Positions 29,787 through 39,085 of a DNA stretch of 64,000 nt are shown piece after piece. A program made the position numbers and the translations under genes. The stretch spans positions 438,960 through 502,959 of the forward strand of contig CAVVJH010000003.1 of assembly GCA_963748505.1 (NCBI GenBank), given 5' to 3'. Numbering within the stretch: the stretch's first letter is position 1; each line of letters begins with the position of its first letter. Below the pieces are notes generated by a model. That model did not search any database. It saw only the letters and a program-made list of their open reading frames with translations, and was not told the DNA's origin. This stretch comes from Candidatus Dormiibacterota bacterium (GTDB lineage: Bacteria; Chloroflexota; Dormibacteria; Aeolococcales; Aeolococcaceae).

Positions 29787-30611
29787 GTGTATCGCATCGT
29801 GGAGTGGGTCGCATCCGGCGAGTGGGAGGACATCCGCTACGAGACCGCGGGCGGCATCGCCAAGCTGACCATCAACCGGCCGGAGGTTCGCAACGCCTTT
29901 CGACCAACCACGCTCTTCGAGCTGAACCGCGCCTTCGAGACTGCCCGCGACGACCCGGAGATCGGCGTGATCATCCTCACCGGCGAGGGCACCAAAGCCT
30001 TCTGCTCCGGCGGTGACCAGCGAATTCGTGGCGACGACGGCTATCGCGATCCCGCGGGCATCGGCCGGCTCAACGTGCTCGACCTGCAGGTGCAGATTCG
30101 CCGGTTGCCCAAGCCGGTGGTGGCGATGGTGGCCGGCTACGCGATCGGTGGCGGCCACGTGCTCCACCTGGTCTGCGACCTGACCATCGCCGCCGACAAC
30201 GCACGTTTCGGACAGACCGGGCCAAAAGTGGGGTCGTTCGACGCCGGCTACGGCGCCGGGTTGCTGGCACGCACCATCGGCCTGAAGCGCGCCAAGGAGA
30301 TCTGGTTCCTGTGCGAGCAGTACGACGCCGAGACCGCCGAGCGCTGGGGTCTGGTCAACCGCGTGGTGCCGGTCGACAAGCTCGAGGAGGAAACCGTCGC
30401 GGTCTGCAACCGGATGCTCGAAATGAGTCCATTGGCGCTGCGCCTGCTCAAAGCCGGTTTCAACGCGGACAGCGATGGCCTCGCGGGCGTCCAGCAGCTT
30501 GCCGGCGATGCGACCCTCCTCTTCTATATGAGCGAGGAGGCGCAGGAGGGCCGCAACGCCTACGTGGAAAAGCGCAAACCTGACTTCGCGAAGTTTCCGC
30601 ACCGGCCGTGA
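29787..30611 (+). CDS. menB: 1,4-Dihydroxy-2-naphthoyl-CoA synthase
   Basis: Crotonase fold: [43 protein letters not shown]. The only in-frame start before the conserved block is GTG 29787. Confidence 0.85.
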   Translation: MYRIVEWVASGEWEDIRYETAGGIAKLTINRPEVRNAFRPTTLFELNRAFETARDDPEIGVIILTGEGTKAFCSGGDQRIRGDDGYRDPAGIGRLNVLDLQVQIRRLPKPVVAMVAGYAIGGGHVLHLVCDLTIAADNARFGQTGPKVGSFDAGYGAGLLARTIGLKRAKEIWFLCEQYDAETAERWGLVNRVVPVDKLEEETVAVCNRMLEMSPLALRLLKAGFNADSDGLAGVQQLAGDATLLFYMSEEAQEGRNAYVEKRKPDFAKFPHRP

Positions 30612-31507
30612 TCGCTGAAGCGGCGCCCACACCGGGACCGCTCGCCGTCTGGTGGATCGGTGCGCGACCGCGCACGCTGGTCGCCGCGATCGTGCCGGTC
30701 CTGGTCGGTGCCTCCTGGGCAGGACGGCACGCGATCTCGATTCCGCGGTCGCTCCTCGCGCTGCTGGTCGCGATCGCCCTCCAGATCGCCGTGAACTACG
30801 CCAACGACTACTTCGACGGCGTCAGTGGTGTCGACACCGCGGCGCGCACCGGCCCGCGACGGCTGGTGGCTTCCGGGCTCGCGCCCCCACGTGCGGTGGC
30901 GACGGCTGCCGTTGTGATGGTCTGCATCGCCGCGGTTGCCGGCCTGGTGCTCGCATACCTGACGACCCCGTGGCTCATCGCGGCCGGTGCTGCGGCGGTG
31001 GTCGCGCTGGTGCTCTACTCGGGCGGACCTCGTCCCTACGCCGCCAGCGGCCTCGGCGAGATATCGGTGTTCGTGTTCTTCGGCCTGGTGGCGGTGTGCG
31101 GCACCGCGTTTGTGCAACAGGACCGTCTCGACGCGAGTGTCCTGTGGCTTGCGGTGCCGGTCGGCCTCCTGGCCTGCGCGCTGCTCATGGCCAACAACCT
31201 GCGCGATATCCCCACCGACGCCGCCGTGGGCAAGCGAACCCTTGCGGTCCGCATCGGCGCCCAGCGCAGTCGCGTCTTACTGGTGGCGACGGTGCTGATC
31301 GCCCTGGTGCTGCCGTCGGTGGGTGCGCTGGTGCGGTCCTTGCCCTGGCTGGTCCTGCTCAGCCTCGCGACGCTGCCGCTGGCGATTGCCCCGCTGCGCA
31401 CCGTGCTCACCGCAGAGGGGCGTGCGCTGGTCCCGGCGCTGATCGGCATCACCCGGCTGCAACTCGCGTTCGGCGTTGTCCTCGCCGGAGCGTTGCTCGC
31501 CTCATGA
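30608..31507 (+). CDS. menA: 1,4-Dihydroxy-2-naphthoate polyprenyltransferase
   Basis: UbiA-family motifs NYANDYFDG and [15 protein letters not shown] overlap with menB. Confidence 0.9.
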   Translation: MIAEAAPTPGPLAVWWIGARPRTLVAAIVPVLVGASWAGRHAISIPRSLLALLVAIALQIAVNYANDYFDGVSGVDTAARTGPRRLVASGLAPPRAVATAAVVMVCIAAVAGLVLAYLTTPWLIAAGAAAVVALVLYSGGPRPYAASGLGEISVFVFFGLVAVCGTAFVQQDRLDASVLWLAVPVGLLACALLMANNLRDIPTDAAVGKRTLAVRIGAQRSRVLLVATVLIALVLPSVGALVRSLPWLVLLSLATLPLAIAPLRTVLTAEGRALVPALIGITRLQLAFGVVLAGALLAS

Positions 31508-32361
31508 GGCGTCTCCAGTTCACTGTCGCCCTGCGCCACCCGGTCATGGGCGTCACCGAGCGCATCGGGTGGCTCGTCGAAGGACCGCTTGGGTGGGGAG
31601 AGTTCTCCCCGCTCCCGAGTTGGAAGGAGCCCGAGCGTTCGGCTGCGATGCGTTCTGCCGTCGAGGCGGCCGAGGTGCCATTTCCCACCGCGTTGCGCGA
31701 TCGAGTCGCCGTCAACGCAATGGTTCCTCGGCTCCTTCCCGACGTTGCGGCGGCGCTCGCGTTGCGCTCCGAGTGCGGCACGATCAAGGTCAAGGTCGGC
31801 GACGAGGACTCGGTTGACCGCGTCGCGGCAGTTCGCTCAGCCTGCGGGCCCGGGGTGCGCATCAAACTCGACGCCAACGGTGCCTGGGACGTCGACACCG
31901 CGCTGCGCATGATCGGTCAGCTGCGCACCTATGACATCGAGCTGATCGAGGATCCGGTTGCGACACTCGAGGAGCTCGCCGCCATACGTGGCCGTGCCGG
32001 CATCCCGGTCGCGGCGGAGTCCTGCATCCGCACCCTTGCGGACGCGCGCCGTCTGCGTGAGCTCGAAGCCGTTGATGCGATTGTCCTCAAGCCACAACGG
32101 ATCGGCGGTGTGCGCGAGGCATTGCGCGCCGCCGACGTCAGTGGTGTACCCGCGATTGCGTCGAGCGCGCTCGAGACATCGGTTGGTCTTGCAGCGGTGG
32201 TCGCGCTCGCAGCTGCGCTGCCCGAGTCGCCGTTTGCGCACGGCGCCGGCACGGCGCTCCTGCTGGCATCTGACGTGGTCACGGATCCGCTCATCCCCGT
32301 GGACGGGTGGCTCAAGCCGTACCGTCCTGATCTCGACCTGGACACGCTGCTCACCGGATGA
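31504..32361 (+). CDS. menC: o-Succinylbenzoate synthase
   Basis: Enolase-superfamily residues (KVKVG, IKLDANGAW, EDP). ATGA overlap with menA. Confidence 0.85.
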   Translation: MRRLQFTVALRHPVMGVTERIGWLVEGPLGWGEFSPLPSWKEPERSAAMRSAVEAAEVPFPTALRDRVAVNAMVPRLLPDVAAALALRSECGTIKVKVGDEDSVDRVAAVRSACGPGVRIKLDANGAWDVDTALRMIGQLRTYDIELIEDPVATLEELAAIRGRAGIPVAAESCIRTLADARRLRELEAVDAIVLKPQRIGGVREALRAADVSGVPAIASSALETSVGLAAVVALAAALPESPFAHGAGTALLLASDVVTDPLIPVDGWLKPYRPDLDLDTLLTG

Positions 32362-34091
32362 TCGACCCGGGCGAAGGCGACGTCGCACTGTCCTGCGTGA
32401 CGGCGCTGCTCGACCAGCTGGTGCACGGAGGCGTGGCGCACATGTGCATGACGCCCGGGTCGCGCTCGACGCCGATTGCGCTGGCCGCGGCGCGTCACCC
32501 CGGCATCACGCTGCACGTTCACGTCGACGAACGTTCGTCGGCGTATTTCGGGCTCGGGATCGCGCGCGCATCCGGCGCTCCGGTCGCGATGTTCTGCACC
32601 TCCGGAACAGCGGCGGCGAATCACTTCCCGGCGGTGGTCGAAGCCGCGATGTCCCGCGTGCCGCTCATCGTGATCACCGCCGATCGGCCCCCGGAGATGC
32701 ACGGTGTCGGCGCCAATCAAACCATTGACCAGCAGCATCTCTTCGGCACGTACGTCAAGTGGTTCCACGATCCCGGAGTGCCGGAGGCCGGTGAGCGAGC
32801 GCGACAGCAGTGGGCCATGGTCGGCAACAACGCGATCACCCATGCCGTCCTGCTTCCGCCACCCGGTCCGGTGCATCTCAACCTGCCATTCCGCGAGCCC
32901 CTGTTGCCGTCGCGACGGGATGGGTCAATCGAGACGCCAATCGCCGCGCCTGCCCAGTACACAGTGAGCGACACCGGCCCCGATCGCATGTCGGCGTTCG
33001 CACGCGAGGTGAGCACCGGGCACCGCATCCTCGTCGTCGCGGGCGGCCTTCGAGTGTCGCCGGTGGGGCTTGCCGAACTGTGCTACGAACGCGGCTGGCC
33101 GCTCCTCGCCGAACCGCTTTCGGGGGCACGCACACCTGCGGCGCCGGATGGTTTCGGCGGTGCACTGACGGCCGGAACTTTGCTCGCCGCCGACCTGGGT
33201 TTCGCCGCCGGCCATCGACCGGACCTCGTCATCCAATTCGGCGCTGCGCCGACGTCGCGAAGCACGCAATCGCTGGTGCGCGCGGCAGACCGTCTGCTGA
33301 TCGTCGACCCGGACTCGATCGTCGGGGATCCGGATCGGCGTTCGACGCTCAGGCTCGAGCGCGACGCTGCCGAGGTCGTCACATCCCTGCGCGCCAACCG
33401 GTCGACGTTGCCGCCGATCAGCGCCGATTGGTACAGCGACTGGCACAACGCCGACGCCACCGTGCGAATCACGGTGGACGCGTTGCTCGACGACTGGGAG
33501 GAGCCGTTCGAGGGACGCATCGCGCGCGACCTGACTGCTGCCATCCCGGAGTCCGGCCTCCTGTTCGCGGGATCCAGCATGCCGATTCGCGACCTCGACG
33601 CATACATGGCACCGCGTGCCGGGATGCGGGTGCTCGCCAACCGCGGTGCGAGCGGCATCGACGGACTGGTGTCGACGGCACTCGGCATCGCGGCGGTCGC
33701 GCAGCCCACCTATGCACTGATTGGTGATCTCTCGTTGCTGCACGACGCGGCCGGGTTGCTCTGGGGCGCTCGGCGCTCTCGAGGGGCGGTGATCGTGGTC
33801 GTGGACAACGACGGTGGCGGCATCTTTTCGATGCTGCCGCAGGCGTCGCTTGCGCACGACGAGTTCGAACAGCTCTTCGGGACGCCTCACGAACTCGACA
33901 TCGAGTCGATTGCGCGCAACGCCGGAGCCGGAGTCCGCACTGTCGATCGGGCGCAGGTGCTTGTTCCGGCTCTCCACGAAGCCGGGATCGCCGGCGGCGT
34001 GCAGGTGATCCGGGTTCGTGTGGATCGAGCGCGCGCGGTCGAGCTGCGCAAACAGGTCACCAGCGCGGTCGCGGCCGCACTCGCGACCTAG
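32358..34091 (+). CDS. menD: 2-Succinyl-5-enolpyruvyl-6-hydroxy-3-cyclohexene-1-carboxylate synthase
   Basis: ThDP-binding GDLSLLHD...NDGGGIF. ATGA overlap with menC. Confidence 0.9.
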   Translation: MIDPGEGDVALSCVTALLDQLVHGGVAHMCMTPGSRSTPIALAAARHPGITLHVHVDERSSAYFGLGIARASGAPVAMFCTSGTAAANHFPAVVEAAMSRVPLIVITADRPPEMHGVGANQTIDQQHLFGTYVKWFHDPGVPEAGERARQQWAMVGNNAITHAVLLPPPGPVHLNLPFREPLLPSRRDGSIETPIAAPAQYTVSDTGPDRMSAFAREVSTGHRILVVAGGLRVSPVGLAELCYERGWPLLAEPLSGARTPAAPDGFGGALTAGTLLAADLGFAAGHRPDLVIQFGAAPTSRSTQSLVRAADRLLIVDPDSIVGDPDRRSTLRLERDAAEVVTSLRANRSTLPPISADWYSDWHNADATVRITVDALLDDWEEPFEGRIARDLTAAIPESGLLFAGSSMPIRDLDAYMAPRAGMRVLANRGASGIDGLVSTALGIAAVAQPTYALIGDLSLLHDAAGLLWGARRSRGAVIVVVDNDGGGIFSMLPQASLAHDEFEQLFGTPHELDIESIARNAGAGVRTVDRAQVLVPALHEAGIAGGVQVIRVRVDRARAVELRKQVTSAVAAALAT

Positions 34092-34097
34092 CCCGGC

Positions 34098-35276
34098 TCA
34101 GTCCTCGGCGGGCTCCACTCCGAGTGCGCGCAGCATGATGCCGAACTTTGCCTCGGTCTCCAGGTCTTCCGCGGCCGGGTCCGACCCGGCAACGATGCCC
34201 GCGCCGGCATGGAGGCGTGCTGTCGCGCCGGAGACTTCAGCGCATCGCAACGTGATCGCCCACTCACCGTCGCCGTTCGCGTCCACCCATCCAACCAGCC
34301 CGGAGTAGAAGCGGCGTTCCACGCTTTCCAGTCGCGCGATCAGCGCAGCCGCTGCAGCCCGCGGCGTCCCGCAGATCGCGGGAGTCGGATGCAGCGCTGC
34401 AGCGAGTGTCAGCGCGTCCGGCGCGTCCGGCTTGAGCGTGCCGCGCAGCGCTGTGCGGAGGTGCCACAGCGTTGCCGTTGGCGACAACGACGGCTCCGCA
34501 TCCACCACGAGGTTCGAGCAGAAGGGTGCGAGTGCGTCCGCGACCGCATCAGCGACAAGCCTGTGTTCGCGCTGCTCCTTCAAGGTGCCGAGCAGCTGCC
34601 GGGCAATCTCGGCGTCCTTGACCGGGTCGGCGCTCCGCCGCGCCGTGCCCGCCAATGGCTCGCTGGAGACGAGCCGACCCTCCCGGCGCACCAGCAGCTC
34701 AGGTGACGCGCCGACCAGGGTCGACGCACCAGGCAGGCCGACCAGGAACACAAAGCTCCCGGGCTCGGCCTCGCCAAGACGCCGGGCGATGACCCGCGGA
34801 TCGATCGGCGAGCCGGCGGTGACCACGAGCGATCGAGCGAGCACCACCTTCTCGACGCCGCCGTGCTCGATCGCCGCCAGCGCAGCTTCGACGGCCGCCT
34901 CGTATTCAACCGGAAGTGGATCGGGAATCAACTCCGTGACCTTCCAGTCGACCTCTGGGCTCACGCGGCGCAGGGATCGAATCCCCCCGAGACCGGGGAT
35001 CCGGAGCACTGCGTCACAGGAGCCGTCGTACGGCAGCGCGCCCATCGCGATTCCGGTTCCCCCGATCTCGGCCAACGCGCGCTGCGCGAGATCCGCGGCG
35101 CGCCCGACGTGGTCGGCGCCGGCCGGCACGACCACGCTTGTGCTGGAGCTCTCCGCGCTGAGCCGCGTCGCCCCGTGCTGGAGCACGACACCCTGGCGCT
35201 CGTCGTACCACTCGAAGGGATCGCCGGTGTCTCGCCGCTCTCTCACGTCCTCGGGTGCGGGTCGCGTTGCGCTCAC
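34098..35276 (-). CDS. menF: Isochorismate synthase
   Basis: Chorismate-binding C-terminal motifs (PTPAICGTP, AGAGIVAGSDP...E). Confidence 0.85.
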   Translation of the reverse strand: MSATRPAPEDVRERRDTGDPFEWYDERQGVVLQHGATRLSAESSSTSVVVPAGADHVGRAADLAQRALAEIGGTGIAMGALPYDGSCDAVLRIPGLGGIRSLRRVSPEVDWKVTELIPDPLPVEYEAAVEAALAAIEHGGVEKVVLARSLVVTAGSPIDPRVIARRLGEAEPGSFVFLVGLPGASTLVGASPELLVRREGRLVSSEPLAGTARRSADPVKDAEIARQLLGTLKEQREHRLVADAVADALAPFCSNLVVDAEPSLSPTATLWHLRTALRGTLKPDAPDALTLAAALHPTPAICGTPRAAAAALIARLESVERRFYSGLVGWVDANGDGEWAITLRCAEVSGATARLHAGAGIVAGSDPAAEDLETEAKFGIMLRALGVEPAED

Positions 35277-35965
35277 GGTCGAGCTCCGATCAAGAGTTGG
35301 GCGGCGCCGAAGCCGAGCGAGACCCGGCGGCAGTGGGTGAAACCGGCATCGCTGAGGAGTTGGACGAGCTCCTTCGGCGACGGGAGGTACGCGGTCGATG
35401 CGGGCAGGTAGTGATAGGCGCGTCGGTCGGAGATCAGTCCACCGACCAGTGGGACGATCCGTCGGAAATAGAGTCCATGCAGGAGGCGCACCAGTGGATT
35501 CGGTGGTTCGGACACTTCGAGAAAGACGGCCCGGCCCCCTGGGCGGATCACCCGGGCCGCCTCGTTGAAGCAGGCGCCGATGTCGACAACGTTGCGCAGG
35601 GCGAAGCCGCTGACCGTGCCATCGACCGAAGCATCACGTAGCGGCAGCTGCAGCGCGTCGGCCCGAACCAGGGGCGCCGACGTGTGTGCTTTGGCGAGCA
35701 TCCCTGCGGCCATGTCGACGCCAACTGCCCGGTGCGCTTCGCGCCCCAGGACCCTGCAGAAGTCGCCCGTCCCGCAGCCGATGTCCACGACCTGGGAACC
35801 GGGTTCGAGGCGTAGCTCACGGACAGCGCGACGACGCCAGCCCGCGTCCAGGCCAAAGGTCATGATCCGGTTCACCAACTCGTAGCGGGGTGCGATGCGG
35901 TCGAACATCTCCTCGACGGCTCGCGCCTTCCGCTCGCCGATGGGAAGTTCGGCCGCGGTCACCAA
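35273..35965 (-). CDS. menG: Demethylmenaquinone methyltransferase
   Basis: UbiE/MenG SAM methyltransferase with VVDIGCGTGD. GTGA overlap with menF. Confidence 0.85.
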   Translation of the reverse strand: MVTAAELPIGERKARAVEEMFDRIAPRYELVNRIMTFGLDAGWRRRAVRELRLEPGSQVVDIGCGTGDFCRVLGREAHRAVGVDMAAGMLAKAHTSAPLVRADALQLPLRDASVDGTVSGFALRNVVDIGACFNEAARVIRPGGRAVFLEVSEPPNPLVRLLHGLYFRRIVPLVGGLISDRRAYHYLPASTAYLPSPKELVQLLSDAGFTHCRRVSLGFGAAQLLIGARP

Positions 35966-36094
35966 TCCACTCTATCAATCGGTCCCCAAACCACTGCAGT
36001 TCCCGCAGCACTGCGCGGTATGACCGATTTGCGATTGGTACCATTCGCCACCGGGCGGGGCGGCACGGTTGCGGACAGGAGGGCTCGGCTCACC

Positions 36095-38197
36095 ATGAGT
36101 TGACTGGCGCGAGCGCTCACCGGCGCTGCATGGGCGTTGGTCGCATGTGGCGTTGCGATGACCTCGGTCGACGCCGGAAGCCTCTCGAGCCTCAGCTCGG
36201 GAAAATTCGTTGCGGTTCCGGAATCCATGCTTCCCTCCGGCACGGCTACCTACGACGACGCCACCTGCCCCAGTGACACGCGGTGCTATGCCGTCGGTGT
36301 GGGCGACGGCCACGGCGTCCTCACCACCAGCGGCGACGCCGGTCGTACCTGGAGCTCGTCGGCGTTGCCCAACACCAGCGGCCAGACGGACTTCTCGATC
36401 TCGTGCCCGTCAGCCGCGGTCTGCTACGTCGCCGGCACCAACTACTCGGGTGGGACCACAGTGCTCAGCACTGCAAATTCAGGCGCGTCGTGGTCCGTCG
36501 GCACGGTGCCAACGGGTCAGATCATCACGTCGATCGGCTGCGGATCGGTCAGCGCGTGTGTCGCGCTTGGGAGCAACATCCCAGCGAGGGAAGCGACATC
36601 GGTGCTGACCACATCGGACGGCGGAAGGACGTGGGTGCTGCGCCCCTCTCCGACCAACGGCCTGGTCACGGTGCGGTGCGCGGACACGGAGCATTGCTGG
36701 GCTGCTGGTGACGGCGCCTGGTTCAGCGCAGATCTCGGCGCCAGCTGGCAGGACCGCTCACCGCCGGCCGGTCCACCATGCAACACCGCGATCTGTGATG
36801 TGTACTACAGCAAGACGATCGACGTCGAGTTCCAGTCTCACACCGACGGTTGGGTGGTTGGGGGAGATCAATGTGGTGGCGTGCAAGTGACGTCCTGCCA
36901 TGGCGTCGCCTTTCACACCACCGACCTGGGTGCGACCTGGTCGGTCTCCAGGGCCTCGCTCGGCTTTCCGTTCGGCTGGCAGATCGCCTGCCAGGGCGCG
37001 ACCTGTGTGGTCGTGGATCAAGGTTTCACCTTCTCGGTGATTGCGACGACGACCGACAACGGTTCGACGCTCAGGCAGATGCAGCAGGTGCACACCTCGA
37101 TCAACGCGCTTGCATGCACCCCATCGCGCTCGCTGTGCATCGCTGCCGGTGGCAACGGAAAGGTTCCCGCGCTCCTGACTCTCGGCGTGATCGGCGCAGC
37201 GACCCCGCCGGCATCGATGCTCTCCACGGTTGGTGGTTCACTGGCGACGCCGGCGACGCTGCTGGGCGCATCGCTCGGCTCCCTGGTCAGCGCCCTCATC
37301 ACCGTCGCGTTGATCCTGCTGATCACGTTTCCATCCCAGCTGTTCAACCGCACCTACGACGAGAATCACACGCGGATCCGCGCGTGGTGGGAGCATCGAA
37401 TGCGCTGGCTCGGACGCATGCGAAGGCGCGACGCGCATGTCGATCCGTCGCTGCGCGGACTGCTCAGCTTCACCGTGGTCCTGGCTGCCGGCGGCGTGCT
37501 GGCGGCAACCCTCGACCCAGGGTTCGGTATGAATCTCCGCTCGCTCGCACTCTTCATCGGCGCGGTCCTGGCGATCGTCGCCGGAGTCACGGTTAGCGCG
37601 CTTGCCGCCGGCATCTACCGGAGCACGAATCACCATGTCGGTCATTGGCGACTCCGCGCGTTGCCGAGCGCGTTGCTCATCGCAGTTGCCTGCGTGCTGG
37701 TGTCACGCATCACGGACTTCCAGCCCGGGTATCTCTACGGCCTCATCGGTGGCGTCGTGTTCACAGGCCGCCTGAACGCCGTGCAGGAAGGACACGAAGT
37801 GGCGGTCGCGTCGCTCGGCACGCTGGCGGCCAGCATCGCTGCGTGGTTGCTCTGGGTGCCGGTTTCGAGCGCCGCCGCTGCCGACCCATCGAACTTCGGA
37901 CTCGCGCTCAGCGAAAACTTCCTTGCGGCGCTCTTCCTGAGCGGCATGGTGGGGCTGGTGATCAGCCTGGTCCCCTTGCGCTTTCTCCCCGGCGAGCGCC
38001 TGGCGCAGTGGCATTGGGGCGCGTGGGCAGCGCTGTTCGGCGTTGCCTGCCTGGCAGTGATCGAGGTGATGCTGCGCCCGCAAACGCGACCCGCGCATCA
38101 ATCCTTCGCGCCCTTCTGGACAACGCTTGGGTTGTTCCTCGCGTTCGGAGTCGCCTCGGTCCTGTTCTGGGCCTACTTCAAGGTTCGCAGCGCTTGA
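36095..38197 (+). CDS. Fusion of a secreted BNR/Ycf48-like Cys-rich beta-propeller with a C-terminal polytopic membrane domain (about 8 TM helices); probable lipoprotein signal peptide; in-frame TGA at codon 3
   Basis: An AGGAGG RBS precedes ATG 36095. Translation gives M-S-*-LARALTGAAWALVAC (lipobox LVAC). There are about 6 blades carrying [ST]xDxGx[TS]W and C-x4-5-C-[YW]-A-x-G, for example TTSGDAGRTW, TTSDGGRTW, TTDLGATW, CPSDTRCYAVG and CPSAAVCYVAG. The C-terminal about 350 aa is hydrophobic with no recognised family. The ORF track starts at TTG 36137. Confidence 0.7.
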
Positions 38198-38262
38198 TCT
38201 GATCGTGCGCTGGCACGACAGACGGTCGGCATGATCCCGCGGTTCGTCTACCCTGGGACCGT

Positions 38263-39063
38263 GATGGCGGCGATCGCGAGGCAACTAACCTGACAGTCAC
38301 CGAGGCGGCTGGCGCGTCCACCACGGCGCCCGACGCCCGGCCGGTCGCGGCGCGAACCACCGACGCGGTCAAGGAGTACGGCCGGGGCGATGCCATGGTG
38401 CGTGCGCTGGATGGGATCAGCATCTCGTTCGCGAAGGGCCAGTTCAGCGCGATCATGGGGCCGTCCGGATCGGGCAAGTCCACGCTCCTGCACTGCCTCG
38501 CCGGGCTCGACCGGCTCACGTCGGGGACGATCCACATCGGTGACGCGGAGCTGGGGACCCTCAACGACCGTCAGCTGACCCTGCTGCGCCGCGAGCGGGT
38601 CGGATTCATCTTTCAGTCGTTCAACCTGGTACCGACACTTTCCGCTCTCGACAACATCGTGTTGCCGCTGACGATCGCGGGACGCAAGCCCGATCCCGCG
38701 GCGCTCGCCGACGTGGTGCGCATCACCGGTCTCGGCGATCGCCTGAAGCACCGGCCCAATCAGCTCTCCGGCGGACAGCAGCAACGTGTCGCCGCCGCAC
38801 GGGCGATTGTGAGCCAGCCCCAGATCATCTTCGCGGACGAGCCCACCGGGAACCTCAACTCCAAGGCCAGTGCCGATCTGCTCGACTTCCTCCGCCACGC
38901 GGTCAACGACCTCGGGCAGACGATCATCATGGTGACGCACGACCCGCTCGCCGCCGCGCACGCCGATCGCGTCGTGTTTCTCGCCGACGGCCATGTCGTG
39001 AGTGAGCTGCAATCACCAACAGCGGACAGCATCCTCGACGTCATGCGCCATCTCGGTGGTTGA
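38263..39063 (+). CDS. MacB/LolD-type ABC transporter ATP-binding protein (N-terminus disrupted by an in-frame TGA at 38290; first canonical ATG at 38395)
   Basis: Walker A GPSGSGKST, Q-loop, signature LSGGQQQRVAAARAI, Walker B IIFADEPTGNLD. The conserved ...TTDAVKEYGRGDAMVRALDGISISF block is in-frame upstream of ATG 38395 but lacks a start. ATG 38263 (MAAIARQLT) is followed by TGA. Confidence 0.8.
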   Translation, partial: DGGDREATNLTVTEAAGASTTAPDARPVAARTTDAVKEYGRGDAMVRALDGISISFAKGQFSAIMGPSGSGKSTLLHCLAGLDRLTSGTIHIGDAELGTLNDRQLTLLRRERVGFIFQSFNLVPTLSALDNIVLPLTIAGRKPDPAALADVVRITGLGDRLKHRPNQLSGGQQQRVAAARAIVSQPQIIFADEPTGNLNSKASADLLDFLRHAVNDLGQTIIMVTHDPLAAAHADRVVFLADGHVVSELQSPTADSILDVMRHLGG

Positions 39064-39085
39064 CGCGTCCGCGAGGCGCTGACCG

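Noticed and set aside
36101-36103. Selenocysteine or other recoding of the in-frame TGA codons (also 38290-38292)
   Set aside because: Position 3 of a signal peptide is implausible for selenocysteine. No SECIS-like hairpin was noticed. TGA is the normal stop of most genes here.
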